Positions 34,116 to 43,690 of a stretch of DNA of 64,000 nucleotides are shown here, one piece after another; within the stretch, counting starts at the first letter, position 1; every line of letters begins with the position of its first letter. The notes beneath the pieces were generated by a model. It did not search any database. It had not been told where the DNA came from and saw nothing but the letters and a program-made list of their open reading frames with translations. The stretch spans positions 1,664,001-1,728,000 of the forward strand of contig OY969767.1 of NCBI GenBank assembly GCA_963702895.1. Reading direction: 5' to 3'. The stretch comes from an uncultured Elusimicrobia bacterium (GTDB lineage Bacteria > Elusimicrobiota > Elusimicrobia > 2-01-FULL-59-12). Both the position numbers and the translations under genes were made by a program.

Positions 34116-34558
34116 TAAAATCCGTCCGAGGTCCGACGTTCGACGCCAGAGACAGCTCCGGGAGCCACTTGCGCCACAGGTTCTTTCTTCAAGTATCGAA
34201 TAAACGGAATGACCATCGATTTAACCCTGTCTGCCATTTGATAAAGATCTTTGAAAATGAACTCGCTTATTAATTGCCGGTCTCTGGCTGCAAACAAGTG
34301 TGATTGTAACTCAGAAGCCGACTGCCTTGAGTAGACCAAATATCGGGCAAAGTCAGAATCCGATGCGGAATCAAAGCCCTCCGCAATATTGGCCATGATT
34401 GATACCGCCGACCGATCCATTTGATCAGCCAAGCTCCGGTGTGAGTAGGGCCATAATCTCGTCGCGTCAGAAACACTCTTTGCGAGCTGACGCGCCACCT
34501 GCCAAGCTTCGATGTCTCTGAACGATCGCAGTCCCATACTCCTTAGATGCGTTGTCAT
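34115..34558 (-). CDS. Four-helix-bundle protein (23S IVP/Avd-like family)
   Basis: FRDIEAWQ, QMDRSAVSIMANIAEG, SASELQSHL. Confidence 0.9.
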   Translation of the reverse strand: MTTHLRSMGLRSFRDIEAWQVARQLAKSVSDATRLWPYSHRSLADQMDRSAVSIMANIAEGFDSASDSDFARYLVYSRQSASELQSHLFAARDRQLISEFIFKDLYQMADRVKSMVIPFIRYLKKEPVAQVAPGAVSGVERRTSDGF

Positions 34559-34567
34559 CGTATTGAT

Positions 34568-35377
34568 TCATTTTTCCGTCTTAGGACGGGTCGGAACAAA
34601 ACTGGTTCCTATCGCGTGCGGAGGTAATGTCGTGGCGAGGTTCACTTGATGAGCGATCGTGACTTTGGAAACACCCCGACGGAGAGCTTCAAGACAAGCG
34701 CGAGCTTTAACAGCCATGCCCCCTGTGATCGTCCCAGCAGCGATATATGTCTCAACCTGTGGGGCGCTGATTAGTTCGATCAAGCGACCCGAATGATCTC
34801 GGACGCCCCCCGTGTCTGTCATGAAGATGAGCTGGCTGGCCTGGCACGCGATCGCAAGCTCCTGCGCGAAATCGTCTGCGTTGACATTGAGAGATTCTCC
34901 ATGTTGTCCCATCGCAACGGAATAAAAGACCGGCAATCCAGGCTCTTGAAGAAGACGCGCGAAAACCCCCTGATCCACTTGGCTGGGCATACCGACAAGT
35001 CCAAGACCAGGGATTGGCCTGGCTCTCATAAGTTGGCTTGTCTTCCCACTGACAGAGTAAGCCTCCGCTCCTTCCCTCTTCAGTTGTGAAATGATCTGCT
35101 GATTGATTCGCGATAAGACTTCTTCGACAACAGCGATCGTCGCTTCATCCGTATAGCGCCTACCCTCCTCAAAACGGGCGGGAATTCTTCGGCGCTCCAA
35201 TTCCTTCGTAATTTCCTTGCCCCCGCCGTGTACAAGGATTACTTTCCCTCGATTCTCTTGACATGCGGGGTCCTGTTGTATCTTCCATTCACTGGCGAGC
35301 CGTTGAAGAAATCCTTCCCGAGTCGACGCATCCTCCAGAAGACTTCCTCCAAACTTGATGATAATAGGCCTCGTCAT
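34568..35377 (-). CDS. argB: Acetylglutamate kinase
   Basis: IKFGGS, VHGGG, NVNAD, TDTGGV, ITGGMAVK. Confidence 0.92.
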   Translation of the reverse strand: MTRPIIIKFGGSLLEDASTREGFLQRLASEWKIQQDPACQENRGKVILVHGGGKEITKELERRRIPARFEEGRRYTDEATIAVVEEVLSRINQQIISQLKREGAEAYSVSGKTSQLMRARPIPGLGLVGMPSQVDQGVFARLLQEPGLPVFYSVAMGQHGESLNVNADDFAQELAIACQASQLIFMTDTGGVRDHSGRLIELISAPQVETYIAAGTITGGMAVKARACLEALRRGVSKVTIAHQVNLATTLPPHAIGTSFVPTRPKTEK

Positions 35378-35419
35378 TGTGCTCCCGTTTTAGACGTCGG
35401 ACGTCGGACGTCGGACGAA

Positions 35420-35986
35420 TCAATCTTTCGCACGTCTAAGGAACGACAAAAAGGTGTCACCATACAACTCCTGTCGATACCGATCCCAGCCTGCCGAGGG
35501 CGCCACCGGCTCTTTGGCATGATGCTGGCCCACCACGAGGCCGCCGGACTTCAGCAGCCCGAGCCGACCAATCTCTTTGAGCGTCGGGACCGTCAGCGCG
35601 AAAGCGTTCCATTTCTGGTCATGGTAGGGCGGCCCCATAAAGATGATGTCAAAGGGGCCGCCGACGGCACCCAGACCCTTGGTGATGTCGGCCCGGACGA
35701 GGCGCGCGCGATCAAAGAGCCGGAGCATGGATAAATTCTGCCGGATGATACTTAAACAATTGGGGTTCATGTCGACAAAGGTCACGAAGCGCGCGCCTCG
35801 GGAAAGCGCCTCCAGGCCCACGGCACCGGAGCCCGCGTAGAGGTCGAGAAACTCAGCCCCTTCGATGCGTGGACGCAGAATGTCAAAGAGGGATTTCTTG
35901 ATCCGGGCCAGGATGGGCCTTACACCCTGCGCATGGGAAGGGCTTTTGAGGGCCCTGCGTTTTTCAGAACCTCCAATAATTCGCAT
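35420..35986 (-). CDS. rsmD: 16S rRNA m2G966 methyltransferase
   Basis: MRIIGG, LDLYAGSGAVGLEALSRGA, FMGPPY. Confidence 0.92.
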   Translation of the reverse strand: MRIIGGSEKRRALKSPSHAQGVRPILARIKKSLFDILRPRIEGAEFLDLYAGSGAVGLEALSRGARFVTFVDMNPNCLSIIRQNLSMLRLFDRARLVRADITKGLGAVGGPFDIIFMGPPYHDQKWNAFALTVPTLKEIGRLGLLKSGGLVVGQHHAKEPVAPSAGWDRYRQELYGDTFLSFLRRAKD

Positions 35987-35995
35987 AATGGTGAA

Positions 35996-36691
35996 GTGAT
36001 TATACTCAGAACGAAGGTGGCCCTCTTATGTTGCGCGCTGCTCCCCTTGAGTGCCACGCTCGTGCAGGCAAGACCTCTTGTGACCGGGAAGAAAACCCTT
36101 CTTATTGCCATCGGCGATTCCCTCACAGCGGGAGCGCCCTTTTTTGAGTCCCCCATCGAATATCCCCCGGATGGAAAAGGAGATCCTCAGGGCCAGTATG
36201 TCTATTGGATGGCGAGCAGGATGCCCCAATGGAAGGTTCTCAATTGGGGTGTCTCAGGTGAAACGTCGGCGCAAATTCGGGCGCGCTTTGAGGAAGCTTT
36301 GAAACAGGGGCCGCGCTATATCATCATTCTGGCGGGGACGAACGATATCACACAGGGCCTACCGCCAGAAAAAGTCGCGGATAACCTTTTATGGATGTAT
36401 GAGACCGCAAAAGCCCAAACCGTCATGCCGGTGGCGGTCACTCTCCCGCCGTTTGACGTGTCGACCACGCTCGAGGCCGCAAAAATCGACGTTCTCAACC
36501 GCTGGATCCGCAAGCAAGCCGATCTGATGCGCATCCCGATCGCGGATGCCGATAAGGCGCTTCGAAGCGCGGAGAATCCCCATAAGCTCAGCGGCACACT
36601 GGATGGCCGCCATCCCGACGTGGGGGGCTACCGAACCCTGGGCCTGAAGCTCATCGAGGCCATTGAACCCATCGAGAAAGCCTGGCGGTAG
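35996..36691 (+). CDS. Secreted SGNH/GDSL hydrolase
   Basis: GDSLTAG, NWGVSG, GTND, DGRHP; GTG start inferred. Confidence 0.88.
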   Translation: MIILRTKVALLCCALLPLSATLVQARPLVTGKKTLLIAIGDSLTAGAPFFESPIEYPPDGKGDPQGQYVYWMASRMPQWKVLNWGVSGETSAQIRARFEEALKQGPRYIIILAGTNDITQGLPPEKVADNLLWMYETAKAQTVMPVAVTLPPFDVSTTLEAAKIDVLNRWIRKQADLMRIPIADADKALRSAENPHKLSGTLDGRHPDVGGYRTLGLKLIEAIEPIEKAWR

Positions 36692-36706
36692 TCGCAAATC
36701 ATTAAG

Positions 36707-36828
<122 letters not shown>

Positions 36829-36841
36829 GTTCCCAGGAACT

Positions 36842-36917
36842 TGGTGGACCGGATGGGACTTGAACCCACAGCCTCCTCCATGCCATGGAGGCGATCTCCC
36901 AATTGATCTACCGGCCC
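36842..36917 (-). tRNA. tRNA-Ala(GGC), CCA encoded
   Basis: GGGCCGG/CCGGTCC acceptor with G3:U70, CCTCC-ATGGCAT-GGAGG, GGTTCAAGTCC. Confidence 0.95.
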
Positions 36918-36930
36918 ACCCAGTTCCCGA

Positions 36931-37170
36931 TCACGCGAACTTACGGTGAAGCTCCTGTCTCCCCAATCCTGTCTTCAAATACTGCTCGCGCTGAACAGCT
37001 TGCTTACGCGTCTCAAATGCCTCTACCAGCAGTAAATCGAACGGCCTTGTGTTTCGTGTTGCAGCTGATCTCCCCTCGTTGTGTTCAGCCAGTCGCCTGT
37101 TAACATGGTCGGTAGAACCTGTATAAAACCGCCCATTTTTTCGGCTGATAAGAACATAGACATAATACAT
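36931..37170 (-). CDS. Stand-alone small GIY-YIG nuclease
   Basis: YVYVL..FYTGST..RRLAEHN..REQYLK, 79 aa. Confidence 0.9.
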   Translation of the reverse strand: MYYVYVLISRKNGRFYTGSTDHVNRRLAEHNEGRSAATRNTRPFDLLLVEAFETRKQAVQREQYLKTGLGRQELHRKFA

Positions 37171-37225
37171 ACTTCGAACTCATCAAAGTCCTGGTTGGCC
37201 TCAGACAGCCACGAACTCACCAAAA

Positions 37226-37313
37226 TGGTGGGCGAATCGCCAGAAGCTTGGCGACCCACAGCCTGTCGCCAGACGTCTGGCGACCGATCTCCCAATTGAT
37301 CTACCGGCCCACC
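37226..37313 (-). pseudogene. tRNA-Ala pseudo-copy with hairpins replacing the anticodon arm and part of the T arm
   Basis: 37285-37313 identical to 36892-36920; cccacagcct and tggtgg retained. Confidence 0.85.
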
Positions 37314-37377
37314 AATGTCCCAGGAAGCGGCTAAAATAGCAAATTACGGATTCTTCCTGCCAGATGTACGAAAGAAA

Positions 37378-38079
37378 TCAGATTCCGAATAACTGAATGG
37401 CTAAACCAGACGCAGCGACCGCAAGGCCCGCAAGCGTGTTGGCATGGACCTGGAGTCGTTGAAGAGGGAGCAAGCTCACCCCGTAGTAGCCAACCGAGAC
37501 CAGAGCCACCATCGTCCCGATCGTGGTGAAGCTGAACACTCCCGCCACCTGCATCGCGGTTCCCATCCCAACCTTGAGAGCAGGTACCATGATGAGCGGA
37601 ATCAGTGGCTCACAAGGGCCTAGGGCGAAAATGATGAACAGGCTCCAGGTTGTAATCAACCGCTGCGGACCGCTGGATTTAAACGCGCCATGGGTCGTCT
37701 CTGGCTCATGGACATGCAAATGGCCATCCCCGTGATCGTGCAGGTGTCTTTGTCTGCGCCTGCTCTTGGCGAAGGACCACCCGGCATAAGTCAGCCCAAA
37801 GAGAATCAGCGACCAGGCGGCTAAATGGCCTTGAATTTCTTGAAACACTCCGTATCGCTGCGCGCTGATCCCCAAGCCGACCCCGAGGAGCCCCAGCACC
37901 AGGGAAGAAACCACATGGGCGAGGCCGCATAAGAGGGTGAGCCTCAAGACCTTCCACAAGGACCAGCCTTGTGCCCGGCCAAGCACGATAAATGGCAAAG
38001 TGTGATCAAAACCCATCGCCGTGTGCACAAAGCCAACAGCAATGGCACTGGTCGCAAAGATAGGGAGGCTTGGATCCAT
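37378..38079 (-). CDS. RcnA/UreH-like Ni/Co transporter-family membrane protein
   Basis: HTAMGFDH, His-rich loop HLHDHGDGHLHVH, GPCEPL; six TM segments. Confidence 0.8.
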   Translation of the reverse strand: MDPSLPIFATSAIAVGFVHTAMGFDHTLPFIVLGRAQGWSLWKVLRLTLLCGLAHVVSSLVLGLLGVGLGISAQRYGVFQEIQGHLAAWSLILFGLTYAGWSFAKSRRRQRHLHDHGDGHLHVHEPETTHGAFKSSGPQRLITTWSLFIIFALGPCEPLIPLIMVPALKVGMGTAMQVAGVFSFTTIGTMVALVSVGYYGVSLLPLQRLQVHANTLAGLAVAASGLAIQLFGI

Positions 38080-38087
38080 CGGTGAGA

Positions 38088-38591
38088 TTATTTCCCGGCT
38101 TTGGGTGCGAGCGCTTCCACCACAATCGAACTCACGGTGGTGCGGCCAATGACCTTCGTTCGCTTGTTGGCGGGGTCATTGATGATTCTTTCACCCACCG
38201 TAAAGCAATAGGCATACTCGCCAGGCGTCAGGGACGCGACATACGTCCAAGTTCCCCCGGCTTCCTTCTGCATAGGCTCTGCCTTCCACCCCGTGAAATC
38301 GGCTCGGATCGATACCTGTTTGGCGTTCGAGTTCCGGTAGGCAAACTTGATCTTTCTGAGGCCTGATTCCGTCGGCGCCGTGGGTGGAGCGGAGAGAAGC
38401 CCGCTGCCAGCGGCCCGAACAGGCGCTGTGGAGGGGCTCACGGAGCCCGGCGCAGGGGTGACGACCGTGCGCTTCACCATCGTCTTCAAAAGGGGCAGAC
38501 GACCTTTCACATGTCGAAACAGTACATACGTGCCCCCTGCGATCAAGAGGAGGTCGAAGAGGATAAACAAAACAAGGAAGAATTTTTTCAT
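38088..38591 (-). CDS. Membrane-anchored CBM48/glycogen-binding domain protein
   Basis: AKQVSIRADFTGW, PGEYAYCFTV, DPAN. Confidence 0.8.
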   Translation of the reverse strand: MKKFFLVLFILFDLLLIAGGTYVLFRHVKGRLPLLKTMVKRTVVTPAPGSVSPSTAPVRAAGSGLLSAPPTAPTESGLRKIKFAYRNSNAKQVSIRADFTGWKAEPMQKEAGGTWTYVASLTPGEYAYCFTVGERIINDPANKRTKVIGRTTVSSIVVEALAPKAGK

Positions 38592-39040
38592 TTCGGAATA
38601 TTGAGACTCTTTTGCAGGATATCGACCTGCTGGATCACATTGCCAACAATTTTGAGCAGCTTATCGATGGTCTCCGGAGAAAAACCCTGCCCTACTCCCC
38701 CGGCTGGGGCAGCGCCCGGAGCGCCTGCGCCCACGGCTTGTTTTGTGAGGACCGATTGCATCTCCGCAAGACGCTGCGTCATGCTTTCCAGTCGCTCCGC
38801 CACGTCACGTGACACTCCAGCCAGAGGTGGGGAGGCGGAGGGCGTCACCGCAAGAGGTGGACGAAAGACAGGGCCGCCCAGATCGGGAGCGGTGCCGGAG
38901 AGACTATCCAAGAGAGGGTCCTCGACCGCACCGGAGGACAGCTTTCGAAGTCTGGAGACACCCCAGAAAAAGCCAATAATGCCGAAAAGAACAACACCCG
39001 CCGAAATCCATACGACGGGGTCAAAGAGAAGTGAATTCAT
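38588..39040 (-). CDS. Hypothetical single-TM coiled-coil protein
   Basis: N-terminal TM; 4-nt overlap with next gene. Confidence 0.7.
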   Translation of the reverse strand: MNSLLFDPVVWISAGVVLFGIIGFFWGVSRLRKLSSGAVEDPLLDSLSGTAPDLGGPVFRPPLAVTPSASPPLAGVSRDVAERLESMTQRLAEMQSVLTKQAVGAGAPGAAPAGGVGQGFSPETIDKLLKIVGNVIQQVDILQKSLNIPK

Positions 39041-39071
39041 ATCGGGTTTTTACCATATTCCAAGGTCCGGT

Positions 39072-39899
39072 TCAACGCAGGGGCACGTCATTCAGAAGAA
39101 CGCCTAATAAAATGTCTTGGCGCTCGCCTAATTTTTGAATCGATTTTCGGACCCGTTCCGGAGGCGTGCGACCGTATTGATTGATGATAATAATGCCGTC
39201 CACCTTGTCCGCCAGGGTCGTCACATCAGGATAGAGGAGGATCGGCGGACCTTCGACGAAAACCACATCATAAAGGGACCGCATCTCGGCAAGGAGTCGG
39301 TGAAAGGCGGGCGTTCCCCATTGCATTTCGGGATAGGCCACGACGGGACCCGCCGGCAAGACTCGAACACCTGTCGTTTCGGAGGCCCGGACCGCGATGG
39401 AAAGATTGATCGATCGCTGCAGGCAGCCGGACAAGCCGGGCTGTAGTTCGAGCGACAGGGCGCGACTGATGCGTGGTGAACGCGTGTGCGCCTCCACAAC
39501 CAGGGTCTTGACGTTTCGACGCTGCGCGGCGATGGCCAGGTTGACGCAAGAAAGGGATGCCCCCTCGCCGGAGACAGTCCCCGCGAGCAACCACACTTTT
39601 TGTCGGCGTGTTCGCGATCGCTCCAGAATTTCCTTGACGAGCGACTCATAGGCGAGCGCGGCGGGCGAATGTTCAGGGAAGTGAATCAGAAGCCGGGAGG
39701 ACCATCGCCCCTCGAGATCGATACGGCGTGTGCGGGGCCCCTGTTGGGGTTCAGTGCTTTTGCGTCGTTCCAGGTGCGGGATAATCGCGACCACGGGAAG
39801 GTGAAGCGCCGCTTCAATCTCCTCTGGAGAAACCACGCTCGGCCCGGACCATCGCCGCCAGAGCGCTCCAAGCCACGACAGGAAGTCCGTCACAAACAA
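39072..39899 (-). CDS. CpsD/CapB-like BY-kinase cytoplasmic domain, degenerate catalytic motifs
   Basis: GEGAS, NLA, YDVVFVEGPP, VDG, LGVLLND. Confidence 0.75.
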   Translation of the reverse strand: MFVTDFLSWLGALWRRWSGPSVVSPEEIEAALHLPVVAIIPHLERRKSTEPQQGPRTRRIDLEGRWSSRLLIHFPEHSPAALAYESLVKEILERSRTRRQKVWLLAGTVSGEGASLSCVNLAIAAQRRNVKTLVVEAHTRSPRISRALSLELQPGLSGCLQRSINLSIAVRASETTGVRVLPAGPVVAYPEMQWGTPAFHRLLAEMRSLYDVVFVEGPPILLYPDVTTLADKVDGIIIINQYGRTPPERVRKSIQKLGERQDILLGVLLNDVPLR

Positions 39900-39914
39900 T
39901 GGCCCAGATAGGAC

Positions 39915-39965
39915 TTCCCGCCACTCCGGCTTAGGCGGGCCCGCCTAGGACTTAGTGGCGGGGAA
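39915..39965. repeat. Family-B double hairpin downstream of tRNA-Leu
   Basis: cccgccact..aggcggg / cccgcct..agtggcggg. Confidence 0.75.
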
Positions 39966-39980
39966 CCTACACGCATACCA

Positions 39981-40068
39981 TGGTGGCCAGAGCGGGAATC
40001 GAACCCGCATGCCCGCGAAGGGCACAGGTTTTTGAGACCTGCGCGTCTACCAGTTCCGCCATCTGGCC
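39981..40068 (-). tRNA. tRNA-Leu(CAA), CCA encoded
   Basis: GGCCAGA/TCTGGCC acceptor, CAGGT-CTCAAAA-ACCTG, long variable arm. Confidence 0.95.
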
Positions 40069-40273
40069 AAAATCTCGCCACTGGGCCATGCTGCGGATTT
40101 TACTATACCGGCCACCCGTTATTCGATTTAATAGCCGGATGGCGAAGCAGGAAATCTTCATAGGTACGTTTTCTCCTCTTTCCCTGGAGAAGGGACCTGC
40201 TCGCTCCAGCGAAATTTCCCCCTCCATGGCCCAAGCCCTGCAGGGCCACGGAGGGTCAGCGTTTTGGCTTCGG

Positions 40274-40557
40274 GCAGCCTGCGGAACTCGGATCCTTTCC
40301 CAAAAGGGCAGCGGTCGGTCCTCACACAGTCCTCGGCTGGGCACGCCCTCGCCAAAACGCTTGAAATTTCGAGTCGCTCGCCAGGCCCCTTCTCCAAAGA
40401 AAGAGGTTCCACCCCTTGAAAGCGTGAATCTCCTTGTTGTGGGGGAGGGAGGCAGCGAACGACTCGCGGACGGCGGCTGGGTGGTGAGCGCGTCCAGCCG
40501 AGGATGTGTGAGCCTCGACCTATGTTGTACAGGAAAGAGGCGAGTTCCGCAGGCTGC
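40274..40557. repeat. Long imperfect inverted repeat upstream of mutY
   Basis: gcagcctgcggaactcg..ctcacacagtcctcggctgg (40274-40340) versus its complement (40494-40557). Confidence 0.75.
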
Positions 40558-40650
40558 GCGAACCACCCAGCCGGGGTGTCCGGGAGCGCCGGAGTGAGAC
40601 GCCTCCCTCCCCCACGGCAAGGAACTCCAAAGATTCCTTGCTCTTGCCGA

Positions 40651-41739
40651 ATGGTGAAATGGCAAAGCGCGCTCCTGGGTTGGTACGCCAAGAACAAGCG
40701 AGATCTTCCCTGGCGAAAGAGTCAGGACCCCTATGCGATCCTCGTCTCAGAGATCATGCTGCAGCAGACCCAGGTCAAGACCGTCATTCCTTATTACCAA
40801 CGCTGGATGAGCCGTTTTCCCACCTGGCGCGCGCTCGCCAGAGCCAATACGAACCACGTCTTAAAAGCGTGGGAAGGCCTGGGCTATTACGCGCGAGCGC
40901 GACGGCTGCACGCCTTGGCAAAGCATCTCATCAAGAAGTGCGGCGGAAAGCTGCCTTCCACCTATGACGCATTGATCCGCCTGCCTGGCATCGGCCGATA
41001 CACCGCAGGAGCTGTTCTCAGCATCGCGTTCCATAAGGATTTCCCAGTCCTGGATGGCAACGTCATGCGCGTGCTCGCGCGGCTCTACGCCATCCGCAAA
41101 GACATCTCACTGCCTGCGGTCCAAAAAGAGTTGTGGCGGCTTTGTGAATCCCTTCTCCCTAAAGGCCGTGCAGGCGATTTCAACCAGGCGCTTATGGAAC
41201 TGGGCGCGACGGTGTGCCTGCCCAAGGGGCCTGCCTGCGGGCGTTGTCCCCTGCGGTGGTCCTGCGCTGCCTTCCATGATCAGACCCAGGAACAACTGCC
41301 TCTCAAAAGGAAATCAGCGCGCGTGCCTCATCACGATATTGGAGCGGGTGTCATCTGGCGTCATGGAAAGATCTTGATCAGTCAGAGGCCGCTCCGGGGA
41401 CTCTTGGGCGGCTTATGGGAATTCCCGGGAGGCAAGCGGGAATCCGGCGAAGCCTTGCCGGCGACCGTGGCCCGGGAGATCAAGGAAGAGTTGGGGATTA
41501 ACGTAGCGGTGGGCCAAAAACTCGCCACCGTGCGTCACGCCTACAGCCACCTTCGAATCACGCTCCACGCGCACGAGTGTCAGTACCGCTCCGGGAAAGT
41601 GCGGGCGCTGGGCGTGCACGCCTGGCGATGGGTGCGCCCGGCCGAGCTGAAGCAATTCGCCTTTCCGGCGGCCAATCAGCCTGTTATTGCGCTCTTGCTT
41701 CAGCACCGTCCGGCGGATCTCGTTAAATGGAGACCGTGA
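40651..41739 (+). CDS. mutY: A/G-specific adenine glycosylase with C-terminal Nudix domain
   Basis: RDLPWR, SEIMLQQT, WEGLGYYARA, LPGIGRYTA, DGNV, Fe-S Cys motif. Confidence 0.95.
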   Translation: MVKWQSALLGWYAKNKRDLPWRKSQDPYAILVSEIMLQQTQVKTVIPYYQRWMSRFPTWRALARANTNHVLKAWEGLGYYARARRLHALAKHLIKKCGGKLPSTYDALIRLPGIGRYTAGAVLSIAFHKDFPVLDGNVMRVLARLYAIRKDISLPAVQKELWRLCESLLPKGRAGDFNQALMELGATVCLPKGPACGRCPLRWSCAAFHDQTQEQLPLKRKSARVPHHDIGAGVIWRHGKILISQRPLRGLLGGLWEFPGGKRESGEALPATVAREIKEELGINVAVGQKLATVRHAYSHLRITLHAHECQYRSGKVRALGVHAWRWVRPAELKQFAFPAANQPVIALLLQHRPADLVKWRP

Positions 41740-41959
41740 TGCCTGATGCAAGTTGGTCGTGATCGATCCTGCATCTTGCATCACTGACACCATTCGGTGG
41801 ACGGCACCATTCGGTGGCAAAGACCAAAGCAGACCGATGAAAGCAAAAGAGCAGAGCAGAAATCTCAGCGTTCTGCTTTCCCTGTTTTGCTTTCGTTTCT
41901 CTGCTCTGAGAGTTTTGCGTTGATGCTTTCTCTTGTCCAAGCATCATGCGCGGGGGTGG

Positions 41960-43690
41960 TTATTGCGTTGTGGCTTGGTAGAGCTCGTAACGTTCGAGGG
42001 GATGGGTCGTAATCACCCAGGGAAGAGCCCCCCAGCAAGAAGCGTAAAAGCCCGCAGACGCCGGCACGTCCATCGTGCGGATAGGATTGCGGCTTTTCAT
42101 CTCGACATAAGAGATCCGTTGGAACGATTTTAAAGCTTCTCGAATATCCCACCAGGAAGACTTCCGGTAGTACGCCCGCATCAAGAGATCCCCACGTTTG
42201 TATTTCTGATCCGGCAGCGCGTTCTCCCAACCCAGAGGAGCGAGGTAGTGATGTGAGCCGTCAAAGGTATCGGCCAGGTAATACCAATGGTGCTGTGGCT
42301 TTGGCGAGAGGGCCTGGAGTCCCTCCGTTTTGAGCCTCATCTGATCAGCCAGTTTGACAATGGTATTGGCTTGGAGATAATCGCCATGGGCCACGAGGAG
42401 TGCCGTGATCGCCGTCGCGACAAAGGACGCCCGCCAAAGGATCCGAGCGCCATCATGTGCAACCAATCGAGCAAAGATCCAACATAAGACGGGGACCACG
42501 CACAAAAGATAACGCCCGGCTGTCCAAGGCATCATAATAACGAGAAGAAAGATTCCAGAAACCATCCAGAAAAACAGGAAGGCCTCTGAGGGATGCGCAC
42601 CGTTTGAGAGCCTCCTCGCAGCGACCACCACAAACGAAAGGCTACCCATGATAAAAACGACGAGGAGCAAGGCTTGAGCCGCTGAAAACCCTCCCTGAGG
42701 AGAGGCCAAAGCGGCCAAGAGAGCTAGGCCGATCCCTCCAAGTCCCACCAACCAGCCTTTGGAGATATTCCAGAGCAACGCATAGGCCCCAAGGACAAAG
42801 ACAGTCGCTCCTCCGAGAAAGCTCCCCACCACGACCGCTTTCTGGGACCACAGGAGTGGAGAAAATGACGTCATGCCCCTGGCGAGTGACGCCAAAAAGT
42901 GCGATTGGCCGTATGTCGCGATGTTCCATTGGGCCCAGAGGAGCTGAACCAGGAGAAAAAGAGCGAAAGCGAGGTACCCCGCTTTCCAGCGCCGGCGTTG
43001 GGGATCCATGAGCTGCCAACCCAGGGCGAGCCACACCACCAAGACCCCTGGGTATTTGACGAGCATCGTCAACCCCATCAGGAAGCCGCTGAGCAGAACG
43101 AGTGGCACGCTCCGTTGTTCATGGCCCTTGATCCAGGCGAGCAGCGAAACCAGCATGAACGCCACCAGAGCGCCATCGATCAGGAGCGAATAGGAGGTCA
43201 ACCAGAAAGCCGGCGTGACGGCCATCAGAGCCGCGGCGGCCAAGGGTTTGAGCGTGAATCGCTTTCCCAGAAAATACATCGCGAATAGACTCATCAGGGA
43301 AAACACGAGGTAGGACGTTCGGAGCTTCCAGGTCTCTTGTCCAAAGAGCGTGATCACACCGGCCAGGTAATAATGCAGGAGCGGCGGATTGACCATGCGC
43401 GGCAGCTGCCCGCGCTCCCAGGCCACGTTCCCAAGACCGGCGTCATCCGACGTAAAGTCGTAGGGGCGCCACGGGTGCTCCACAATCCCCTGGGCCATCT
43501 TGACGAAATAGTAATCGTCCACGAAATAGGCGCGGTGAAGAAAGGGCACAGAGGTGATCAAGGCTAATAAAGTCAACAGGACAAGGGCATGGCTGTCCCT
43601 GAATACTCCCGACAACAGCGCCTTGGCCCTCACCCTCGCCGTCCATCCTGTCCGGCTCTCCCTCTCCCGCGTGCACGCGGGAGAGGGCAA
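41960..43690 (-). CDS. GT39/ArnT-like integral membrane glycosyltransferase (true start probably downstream of the 43627-43722 repeat)
   Basis: DD motif, NPPL, KYP, many TM helices. Confidence 0.8.
   Translation of the reverse strand: MPSPACTRERESRTGWTARVRAKALLSGVFRDSHALVLLTLLALITSVPFLHRAYFVDDYYFVKMAQGIVEHPWRPYDFTSDDAGLGNVAWERGQLPRMVNPPLLHYYLAGVITLFGQETWKLRTSYLVFSLMSLFAMYFLGKRFTLKPLAAAALMAVTPAFWLTSYSLLIDGALVAFMLVSLLAWIKGHEQRSVPLVLLSGFLMGLTMLVKYPGVLVVWLALGWQLMDPQRRRWKAGYLAFALFLLVQLLWAQWNIATYGQSHFLASLARGMTSFSPLLWSQKAVVVGSFLGGATVFVLGAYALLWNISKGWLVGLGGIGLALLAALASPQGGFSAAQALLLVVFIMGSLSFVVVAARRLSNGAHPSEAFLFFWMVSGIFLLVIMMPWTAGRYLLCVVPVLCWIFARLVAHDGARILWRASFVATAITALLVAHGDYLQANTIVKLADQMRLKTEGLQALSPKPQHHWYYLADTFDGSHHYLAPLGWENALPDQKYKRGDLLMRAYYRKSSWWDIREALKSFQRISYVEMKSRNPIRTMDVPASAGFYASCWGALPWVITTHPLERYELYQATTQ

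Noticed and set aside
34115..34558. Diversity-generating retroelement (Avd-like protein)
   Set aside because: No reverse transcriptase in the window; the SRAP duplicate's differences are not adenine-specific, so it is not a TR/VR pair
36842..40068. Prophage or genomic island integrated at tRNA-Ala or tRNA-Leu
   Set aside because: No integrase or phage genes; the duplicated part is mainly the tRNA 5' side and brackets only the GIY-YIG gene
40504..40650. 5' extension of mutY (and likewise 61435-61620 of SRAP)
   Set aside because: Extensions lie in repeat DNA; SRAP needs an N-terminal Cys (MCGRF)
41413..41947. Possible small membrane-protein ORFs between mutY and the GT39 gene
   Set aside because: Two competing frames, one overlapping mutY antisense by more than 300 nt; cannot be resolved from sequence alone
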